The translations under genes and the position numbers were made by a program. Under the pieces are notes generated by a model. It saw only the letters and a list, made by a program, of their open reading frames with translations. It did no database searches and had not been told where the DNA came from. Below are positions 29,289 to 36,795 of a stretch of 64,000 nucleotides of DNA, piece after piece. This DNA comes from an uncultured delta proteobacterium (GTDB lineage: Bacteria > Desulfobacterota > WTBG01). The DNA lies in assembly GCA_963793865.1 (NCBI GenBank), contig CAWCBP010000001.1:384001-448000 (forward strand). Reading direction: 5' to 3'. Numbering within the stretch: the first letter of the stretch is position 1; every line of letters starts with the position of its first letter.

Positions 29289-30617
29289 CTAGGGGTTGAA
29301 TAGCATCCTGCCCATGTTTCTCATTTTTCCCTTGGTGAAGCCCTTCATCAGCTTGCGGGTCTGCATGTACTGCTTGATGAGCTTGTTGACCTCCTGAACG
29401 GTGGTGCCGCTGCCGTCCGCGATCCGCTTGCGCCGGCTGCCGTTGAGCAGCGAGGGATACAGACGCTCCCTGACGGTCATGGAGTTGAGAATGGCCTCCA
29501 TCCTGAGCAGCTGCCGGTCATCGATCTGCATGGTGGAGAGGGCCTTGCTGTTAATGCCCGGGATCATGCCCAGGATGTCCTGCAGAGGCCCCATCTTTTT
29601 TATCTGCTGAAAGCTGTTCCTGAAATCATCGAGGGTGAATCCATCCTTGCGGATCTTCTTTTCCAGGTCCTCCGCCTGCTCGGCGTCGAACGTGGCCTCG
29701 GCCTTCTCGATGAGCGATAGCATGTCGCCCATCCCCAGGATGCGGGAAGCCATCCGTTCGGGATGAAACACCTCCAGCGCGTCCAGTTTTTCACCCGTGC
29801 CGATAAACTTGATCGGCTTTTGGGTGACCGCCCGGATGGAGAGCGCGGCGCCGCCGCGGGCATCGCCATCCATTTTCGTCAGTATAACACCGTCAATGCT
29901 GAGAAGCTCGTTAAATTTTCCCGCCACGCTGACCGCTTCCTGCCCGGTCATGGCGTCGGCAACAAACAGTATCTCCCCGGGGGTCGTCTCCCGCTTGATT
30001 TCGGCCAGCTCCTCCATCAACTTTTCGTCGATGTGCCACCTGCCCGCCGTGTCAATCAGCACCACGGTGAAGCCTTTCATGCGGGCTGCCGCCAGGGCGT
30101 CCCGGCAGATGACCCGGGGCTTCTGCCGCTCATCGGAGGGAAACACCTCGATGCCGAGCTGCTTTCCCAGGGTGGTGAGCTGGGCAATGGCCGCGGGGCG
30201 GTACACGTCCGCGGGGACCAAAAGCGGATTGTGGTGCTGCTCCCGCAGCAGGCGGGCCAGCTTGCCGATGGTGGTGGTCTTGCCGGAACCCTGCAGGCCC
30301 ACGACCATGATGACATGGGGACCTTTTCCCGACAGGGAAAGGCGGCTTTCCCCGCTGCCCATGAGCGCAATAAGCTCGTCCCGGACAATCTTTATAAACT
30401 GCTGGGCGGGGGTCAGGCTCTTCAACACCTCCTGGCCCAGGGCCTTGCCCTTGACGCTCTCGATAAAACCTTTAACCACCCTGAAGTTGACGTCGGCCTC
30501 GAGCAGGGTGATGCGGACTTCCTTGAGGGCCTCCTCGATGTTCCCCTCGCTGAGCCTGCCGTGGCCCCTCAGGCGCTTAAAGGTCTGGTTCAGCTTCTCG
30601 GTAAGATTTTCAAACAT
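29289..30617 (-). CDS. ffh: Signal recognition particle protein
   Basis: GLQGSGKTT, DTAGR, TKMDGDARGG, FHPERMASRILGMGD, Met-rich M domain. Confidence 0.98.
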   Translation of the reverse strand: MFENLTEKLNQTFKRLRGHGRLSEGNIEEALKEVRITLLEADVNFRVVKGFIESVKGKALGQEVLKSLTPAQQFIKIVRDELIALMGSGESRLSLSGKGPHVIMVVGLQGSGKTTTIGKLARLLREQHHNPLLVPADVYRPAAIAQLTTLGKQLGIEVFPSDERQKPRVICRDALAAARMKGFTVVLIDTAGRWHIDEKLMEELAEIKRETTPGEILFVADAMTGQEAVSVAGKFNELLSIDGVILTKMDGDARGGAALSIRAVTQKPIKFIGTGEKLDALEVFHPERMASRILGMGDMLSLIEKAEATFDAEQAEDLEKKIRKDGFTLDDFRNSFQQIKKMGPLQDILGMIPGINSKALSTMQIDDRQLLRMEAILNSMTVRERLYPSLLNGSRRKRIADGSGTTVQEVNKLIKQYMQTRKLMKGFTKGKMRNMGRMLFNP

Positions 30618-30713
30618 GCACGACGCAGTCTTTTTTGGTTGGTAAAACTTAATAACCCTGCAATATAAAATTATTTTTTCGTCTTTGTCAAGCGATATTT
30701 TCTTTCATAGAGG

Positions 30714-30742
30714 TTGACAATGCCTTTGTGAATGTGGATAAT
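30714..30742 (+). promoter_or_regulatory. Candidate sigma-70 promoter for ald
   Basis: TTGACA-N17-GATAAT about 55 bp upstream of the ald start; a divergent TTGACA on the minus strand at 30686-30691 faces ffh. Confidence 0.55.
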
Positions 30743-30797
30743 TCCCGGCACGTTGGACAGCATCGGTATCATACATCTCATTGAACAGGAGCGGCAT

Positions 30798-31913
30798 ATG
30801 ATTATAGGGGTTCCCAAGGAAATCAAGCCTGAGGAAAGAAGGGTTGCCATGACTCCCGACGGGGTCGCGCGCCTGGTCGGTCACGGCCACCGGGTGATAA
30901 TCGAGCACAATGCCGGCGCGGGCAGCGGCATTTCCGACGCCGCCTTCAAGGAGGCCGGGGCGGTTATAAAGCGCACTCCCAAGGAGCTGTGGCGCGATGC
31001 GGACATGATCCTCAAGGTAAAGGAGCCGCTGGAGCCGGAGATTGCCCTCGCGCGTGAGGGGCAGATCGTGTTTACCTTTTTTCACCTTGCCGCTGACAGG
31101 CGCCTGACGGTATCGCTGCTCAGGACAAAGATTGTAGGCATTGCCTACGAGACGGTCCAGCTTTCCGACGGCAGCCTGCCGATTCTGAGGTCCATGAGCG
31201 AAATCGCCGGGTATCTGGCGGTGCAGCTGGCGGCGCGCGGGCTGGAAGCGCGCAATGGAGGCAGGGGAATTGTAATGGGCGGCATTCCCGGTTTATCACC
31301 CGCCCGCGTCACCATCGTGGGCGGGGGGAGCACCGGGGTCCGCGCCGCGGAGGCGGCCGCGGGCATGGGCGCGCGGGTGACCATCCTGGAAATCAACCGG
31401 AAAAGAATCGGCGAGCTTCGGGAGATGCTGGGTGATCGCGTGCATGTCAGGCCTCCCGCGACCCGGGACGTTGAGCATGATGTGACACACGCTGACGTGG
31501 TGATAGGAGCCCTTTTGAGCCCCGGGGCCAGGGCTTCCAAGGTGGTGACCAGGGCAATGGTGAAAAAGATGCAGCCGGGCGCGGTCATTGTCGATGTCGC
31601 CGTGGACCAGGGCGGCTGCTGTGAAACCATCCGTCCCACCACCCATGACAAACCCTTCTACATTCTTGACGGCGTGGTGCACTGCGGGATAACCAACATG
31701 CCCAGCGCGGTGCCGCGCTCCTCAACCCTGGCATTGACCAAGGAAAGCCTTCCCTTTGCCCTGGAGATTGCGGATAAGGGATACCGCGCCGCCGCACGGG
31801 AAAATCCCGCCATCATGAAGGGTATCAACCTGCTCGAGGGAAAGCTGACCAACCCCGCGGTTGCCAGGGCCTTCGGCATGGCCTATCATGAATTCAAGGG
31901 CACATCCCTGTAG
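30798..31913 (+). CDS. ald: Alanine dehydrogenase
   Basis: MIIGVPKEIK..ERRV, KVKEP, FFHLAA, AYETV, MSEIAG, DVAVDQGGC, NMP. Confidence 0.93.
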   Translation: MIIGVPKEIKPEERRVAMTPDGVARLVGHGHRVIIEHNAGAGSGISDAAFKEAGAVIKRTPKELWRDADMILKVKEPLEPEIALAREGQIVFTFFHLAADRRLTVSLLRTKIVGIAYETVQLSDGSLPILRSMSEIAGYLAVQLAARGLEARNGGRGIVMGGIPGLSPARVTIVGGGSTGVRAAEAAAGMGARVTILEINRKRIGELREMLGDRVHVRPPATRDVEHDVTHADVVIGALLSPGARASKVVTRAMVKKMQPGAVIVDVAVDQGGCCETIRPTTHDKPFYILDGVVHCGITNMPSAVPRSSTLALTKESLPFALEIADKGYRAAARENPAIMKGINLLEGKLTNPAVARAFGMAYHEFKGTSL

Positions 31914-33214
31914 ACGGCCCACACCGCATCGCCTTCAAGTCTGCCGGCGGTTACCGTGACCTCATGGTTGCGGAGGGCGGCCGGTCCCTCAAAGACAACG
32001 GGGATGTAGTTGGTTGACCATCCCCGCACGTGCCCGGGCAGGCCGTCTGCCCGGCCCTCAACCAGCACGCTTAATTCCCTGCCCAGCGAGGCCGCATAAA
32101 ATGCCTTTCTCTTCCCGGCGCCGATGTCTCTCAGGACGGCGCTCCGGGCCTTTATGGTCTGCTGCGGCACCTGTCCGGGAAAATCCGCGGCGGCCGTTTT
32201 CTCTCTTCGCGAGTAGGGAAACACATGCGCGTAGCTGATGGGGAGCGACTCAAGCATGGCGCAGGTTGAGCGGAACTGTGCATCGGTTTCCCCGGGAAAC
32301 CCGGCTATGAGATCGGTGCCCAGGCAGAGGTGGGGGATGGCTGCATGCAGCGCGTGAGCGAGCGCTCTGAAATCGGCCACCCGGTAGGGCCGGTTCATGA
32401 GCTTGAGAATTCCGTCATCACCGCTTTGCAGGGGAAGGTGCAGGTGGGGGCAGATGGTCCGGGATGCGGCGAGGAAGGCAATAAGATCCGTGCTTACATC
32501 CATCGGCTCAAGGGAGCTCAAGCGCACGCGGGGCACCGGCTTATCGCGATCGATTGCTTTCAGCAGCGAGAGCAGGCTGCTGCGGGGAGTGAGGTCGATC
32601 CCGTAGGCGCCCAGGTGAATGCCGCTTAAGACGACTTCCCTGAAGCCGGCCTCGCTCAGCGTACAGAGCCGCGTGAGCACTTCATCAGGGGGCAGGCTGC
32701 GGTACCTGCCGCGCGCGAAGGGAACGATGCAGTAGCTGCAGAATGACTCGCACCCGTCCTGGATCTTCAGAAAGGCCCTGGTGTGGTCCGGGAAGGAGTG
32801 CAGGGGAGGGTCCTTGAAGCAGGTCTCCCGGTTGGGGTCAGCGACGATGATCGCCGCCGGAGATGCGCTACTGAGCCGGTCGACGAAGTCGGCTATGCCG
32901 TGCTTTTCAGCGTTGCCCAGCACCAGGGAGACGCCGGGCATCTGCGCCGGCACATCCGGCGAGACCTGGGCATAGCAGCCGGTGACGATGATCCGTGCCG
33001 CGGGATTGGCCTTGCGCGCCCGGCGGATGAGCTGGCGCGACTGGTAATCGGTTTTCCCGGTGACGGTGCAGGTGTTGATGATGTAAATATCCGCCTTTGA
33101 CCGGAAGGCGGTGATGCGGTACCCCCGCGCGGCAAGGGCTTCCTTCATCGCCGCCGATTCGTACTGATTGACCTTGCAGCCCAGGGTGGTTATCGCAACG
33201 GTTGTGGTCTTCAT
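31886..33214 (-). CDS. mtaB: tRNA methylthiotransferase MtaB (radical SAM)
   Basis: TLGCKVNQYES, INTCTVT, KIQDGCESFCSYC, SGIHLG, RLSSLEP, HVFPYS. Confidence 0.93.
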   Translation of the reverse strand: MKTTTVAITTLGCKVNQYESAAMKEALAARGYRITAFRSKADIYIINTCTVTGKTDYQSRQLIRRARKANPAARIIVTGCYAQVSPDVPAQMPGVSLVLGNAEKHGIADFVDRLSSASPAAIIVADPNRETCFKDPPLHSFPDHTRAFLKIQDGCESFCSYCIVPFARGRYRSLPPDEVLTRLCTLSEAGFREVVLSGIHLGAYGIDLTPRSSLLSLLKAIDRDKPVPRVRLSSLEPMDVSTDLIAFLAASRTICPHLHLPLQSGDDGILKLMNRPYRVADFRALAHALHAAIPHLCLGTDLIAGFPGETDAQFRSTCAMLESLPISYAHVFPYSRREKTAAADFPGQVPQQTIKARSAVLRDIGAGKRKAFYAASLGRELSVLVEGRADGLPGHVRGWSTNYIPVVFEGPAALRNHEVTVTAGRLEGDAVWAVYRDVPLNS

Positions 33215-33249
33215 GGTTCAATCGGGTTGAGGTTCGATACGAATCGACG

Positions 33250-33592
33250 CGAACGTCCAACATCGAACATCCAACGTTCAACATTCAATGCAAGACACTT
33301 TTCCTTCACTCAAGGTTAGTTGGTGCAGCCCATAAAATTTACACAATTGTTAACCCTGATTCTGCTGAAAAGCAAGTGAAAGAATGGCACCGAATTGTAA
33401 AAGTGCTTGATTAGGATTACCGGCTATGCTATGAGGCTGACCTTGTTGGAGATGAGAGTCAGGAAACAGGATCAGAAGGAAAACATCGAATACAAACGTC
33501 CACCATCGAACGTCTCAACGTTCAACGTCCAATAAAAGGCCCGTTTCCTTCGTTCGACGTTGGATGTTGGAAGTTGAACGTTCAACGTTCAT
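33250..33592. repeat. T(C/T)CAAC(G/A) heptamer arrays with an inverted partner array
   Basis: Arrays at ~33250-33290 and ~33482-33532; complementary array CGTTCGACGTTGGATGTTGGAAGTTGAACGTTCAACGTTC at 33551-33590. Confidence 0.8.
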
Positions 33593-33647
33593 CTTTTTTT
33601 CATATTTACTGATGCCCGCAAGGGACAGATGCCTCACAAGGTGATTT

Positions 33648-35003
33648 ATGGCTACCGTGGCTGCTTTTAAAGGGGTGCTGTACAATCCGGAGCGGGCGGG
33701 GGAGTTGAGCAGGGTTACCGCGCCTCCCTACGATATTATTTCGCCCGCGCAGCAGGAAGGATACTACAACGACAGTCCCTACAATATTATCAGGCTGATA
33801 CTGGGAAAGCAGCATCCTGAGGATTCTGAAACGGACAACCGCTATACCCGCGCCGCCGCCTTTTTCAAAGCGTGGCAGGAGGAATCGGTGCTCAAGCGGG
33901 ATGCCGTTCCCGGCCTCTATTTTTATCACCAGGAATTTTCCGGCGGGGAAGAAGGAAGGTTGACCCGCGACGGCTTCATCGCCCTGGTCCGTCTCGAGGA
34001 GCGGGAAGAGGGGGTGATCATCCCTCACGAAAAGACCCTGGACCAGCCCAAGCAGGACCGGCTCAGGCTGATGAAGGCCTGCTCGGCAAATTTCAGCTCC
34101 ATCTTTTCCCTCTACTCCGATCCCGGCGATGATATCAACCGCATGCTCAAAGGGGCTGCTGCCGATTCCTCACCCATGGAAGCGACCGACCATGATCAAA
34201 CCCTGCATCAGCTCCGGCGGGTCTCCGACCCCGGCATTATCCGGGAGGTGGCGCGGCGGCTGAGCGGCCAGTCACTGTTTATCGCGGATGGTCACCATCG
34301 CTACGAGACGGCGCTTAACTACCGCCGCTGGCTGCGGGAAAGCAATCCCCGGCATACGGGGAGGGAATCCTACAACTATGTGATGATGTACCTGACCCCG
34401 CTCCAGGGCCGGGGCCTGCTCATACTCCCCTATCATCGTGTCATTCAGCACATAAAGTCATTTGAATTTGAAGGGTTCGAGCGCAAACTTCAACAATATT
34501 TTGATGTTGCTCGGGTGGCCATTGACGGCGACAATCCACAGGCATCATTGAACGCCTTTCTGGCCCGGCTGCGCGAAGAAGGTAAAAAACGTCCCGCCTT
34601 CGGTATGTACGGCCTGAATCAGACATGCTATCACCTGCTGACGCTCAAGGAGGGGGTGTACTCGTCCCTGAGTGATGATGAAACCGGTTCGGCGTCCCTG
34701 AAGAAGCTGGATGTCAATGTTATCGAGACCTTTATTTTCAAGCAGGCGCTGGGCATAACCAGCAAGGACCTGCAGATGGAGGGGAACATTACCTACGTGC
34801 ATCACGACACTGAATGCCTGGAACTGGTGAAAGACAAGGGGTATCAGCTGGCGTTCATCATGAATCCGACCAGGGCGGAGGAAATCCAGGACATCGCCGG
34901 CAGGGGAGAAACCATGCCCCAGAAATCCACCTTTTTCTACCCCAAGCTGTTAAGCGGACTGGTGATGAACCGGATTGTCCCGGGAGAGATGATTGAGCCT
35001 TGA
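33648..35003 (+). CDS. DUF1015 family protein
   Basis: APPYDII, IPHEKT, FIADGHHRYETA, MPQKSTFFYPKLLSGLV. Confidence 0.93.
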   Translation: MATVAAFKGVLYNPERAGELSRVTAPPYDIISPAQQEGYYNDSPYNIIRLILGKQHPEDSETDNRYTRAAAFFKAWQEESVLKRDAVPGLYFYHQEFSGGEEGRLTRDGFIALVRLEEREEGVIIPHEKTLDQPKQDRLRLMKACSANFSSIFSLYSDPGDDINRMLKGAAADSSPMEATDHDQTLHQLRRVSDPGIIREVARRLSGQSLFIADGHHRYETALNYRRWLRESNPRHTGRESYNYVMMYLTPLQGRGLLILPYHRVIQHIKSFEFEGFERKLQQYFDVARVAIDGDNPQASLNAFLARLREEGKKRPAFGMYGLNQTCYHLLTLKEGVYSSLSDDETGSASLKKLDVNVIETFIFKQALGITSKDLQMEGNITYVHHDTECLELVKDKGYQLAFIMNPTRAEEIQDIAGRGETMPQKSTFFYPKLLSGLVMNRIVPGEMIEP

Positions 35004-35749
35004 TAAAGATGGAAAGCCTCGTCGGGGAAGATGAAAAGCTTGATGAGCTCTTTGACGGCCGCATCCGCATCATTCAGAAAAAAGCAGGCTACCGGTTTTC
35101 ACTGGATGCCGTTCTGCTCGCCCATTTCGCCGCTCGCATTCCCGCCGCTTCCGTCATCGACCTGGGCACGGGAAGCGGCATTGTCCCGCTCATCCTGGCC
35201 CGGAAGTCGGCGTCCGCAAAGATAACCGGAGTCGAGGTGCAGCCCGGCCTGGCCGACATGGCGCGGCGCAGCATCGAGCTTAACGGCCTGAGCGGGCGGG
35301 TTGCCATCGCGCGGGGCGACATCCGCGAGCTTGCCGCCGTCTTCCCTTCAGCATCGTTTGACCTGGTTGTGAGCAACCCTCCCTACTATCCCCTGGACAA
35401 CGGACGAATCAATCCCCACCAGGAAAAGGCCATTGCCCGCCATGAGATCAAGGCCACGGTAGAGGATGTCATCAGGGTTGCGCATTACCTGGCGGCCGAC
35501 TCCGGTTCCGTGCTGATAATCTTCCCCGCGAAGCGGCTTATCCAGCTGTTGTACGCCTTTAAGACGGCCGGCCTTAAGCCCCGATGTTTAAGGATTATTT
35601 ACAGCCGGCTTTCCGGCGAGGCCAAGCTGGTCCTGGTTGAGGGGTGCAGGGGAGGGAACCCGGAGCTGGAGATAGCCGGGCCGTTCAGCATCTACGGGGC
35701 TGACGGGGAATACTCGGCGGAGATGAAAGCGATTTATGAGGGGCTGTAA
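35000..35749 (+). CDS. tRNA1(Val) A37 N6-methyltransferase-like (TrmN6/YfiC family)
   Basis: GYRFSLDAVLLAHF, DLGTGSG, VSNPPY, ARHE. Confidence 0.88.
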   Translation: MIKMESLVGEDEKLDELFDGRIRIIQKKAGYRFSLDAVLLAHFAARIPAASVIDLGTGSGIVPLILARKSASAKITGVEVQPGLADMARRSIELNGLSGRVAIARGDIRELAAVFPSASFDLVVSNPPYYPLDNGRINPHQEKAIARHEIKATVEDVIRVAHYLAADSGSVLIIFPAKRLIQLLYAFKTAGLKPRCLRIIYSRLSGEAKLVLVEGCRGGNPELEIAGPFSIYGADGEYSAEMKAIYEGL

Positions 35750-35756
35750 GCGGTGT

Positions 35757-36080
35757 TTATTCTTCCCTGGTGACTTCGCCGATGCGGAAGCGGATGTCGC
35801 TGATCACCCTTTCCCCGATCCGCTCGTTGATCCGCTCGACGATCTGCCGCTTCATGAATTCCAGCTGCTGCATCCAGGTTGAGTTGGAAACGTTCACCCA
35901 GAGAACCATGGCGCGTATCTGCCCGGGCAGGGTCTGGCGGGCTATGGCGTCCCCCACCACGCTGTCCCATTCATCCCAGATCCGGTACTGCTTTACCTTG
36001 ATACCCAGGTTGAGCGAGCTCAGCACGCGTTCCAGCACGCTGTTAACCTGTTCGGGGGCCTTCGATTTCCTCTGTTTCAT
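35757..36080 (-). CDS. DUF721 (DciA-like) protein
   Basis: WDSVVGDAIARQT, VNVSNSTWMQQL, ISDIRFRIG. Confidence 0.85.
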   Translation of the reverse strand: MKQRKSKAPEQVNSVLERVLSSLNLGIKVKQYRIWDEWDSVVGDAIARQTLPGQIRAMVLWVNVSNSTWMQQLEFMKRQIVERINERIGERVISDIRFRIGEVTREE

Positions 36081-36336
36081 GCGGCGATCCTTCTCCTCAT
36101 GTGTTTGCCATGTTCTATCAGAGCCGGGAGGATTTATAAAGCAAATTGTAAAAGGTGTATTGCCATGCACCCTGCATTAAGGAAAGAGCGGGCGGCTGGT
36201 GACACTAAACAGTATACCTCATATACAAAAACAATGATTGCCGGCTGTTTTAAAAATTGACTTTGTTTTCTGTTTTCTGTATTGTTGCAGTCGTCGCTCC
36301 ATGTTTTGCTTCGCACATTGACAAAATGGTACGGAT

Positions 36337-36663
36337 ATGGCTGACTGGAGAAAGCACCCCCGGCTGGAGTTCGGCATCAAGGTGATCAACAAGGAAACCA
36401 AGGCGGTTGCCGCCATGTCGGATATTTCAGTAGGAGGGTGTTTTGTCAAAGAGTCAGAGGGGTTTCCCGTCCTGCCCATCGATACCAGGATACCGCTGGC
36501 GTTTGAAATACCCGGCAAGGACGAGTACGAAGATATCTACATCGAGGTTGAGGGCAGGGTTGTGCACCACGGTAAGGAGGGAAACGGCATGGGCATCAAC
36601 TTCGTGATGGTTGAGCCTGCTGCCGCAAATATAATTAGCAACTTTGTCAAGGCCTACCTCTAG
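36337..36663 (+). CDS. Single-domain PilZ protein (c-di-GMP receptor)
   Basis: RKHPR (RxxxR) and DISVGG (DxSxxG) motifs, GMGINF. Confidence 0.9.
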   Translation: MADWRKHPRLEFGIKVINKETKAVAAMSDISVGGCFVKESEGFPVLPIDTRIPLAFEIPGKDEYEDIYIEVEGRVVHHGKEGNGMGINFVMVEPAAANIISNFVKAYL

Positions 36664-36788
36664 CAGGCTGGTGAAAAACACCCATCTGCTTCGTTACGTT
36701 CATCCTTCGTCATTGCAGCGTACGGGATAGTACGCCTCATTCCTCAGGATTTCACGTGCCTTGCATCTGGATGTTTTTGACCAGCCTG
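36664..36788. mobile_element. MITE-like element, copy 1
   Basis: 16-bp terminal inverted repeats CAGGCTGGTGAAAAAC / GTTTTTGACCAGCCTG; near-identical copy at 42508-42635; no coding capacity. Confidence 0.8.
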
Positions 36789-36795
36789 AGGAAAA

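Noticed and set aside
30030..30056. Ffh motif DTAGRW in place of the usual DTAGRL
   Set aside because: A single substitution outside the invariant DTAGR core; it could be natural variation or a base error.
29763..30668. Long antisense ORFs opposite ffh (similarly opposite rnhB, kdpB and the Vor alpha gene)
   Set aside because: Shadow ORFs expected from GC-rich codon usage; no recognisable motifs.
33385..33400. TGGCACCGAATTGTA as a sigma-54 promoter
   Set aside because: Spacing between GG and the -12 element is one base short and the GC is absent.
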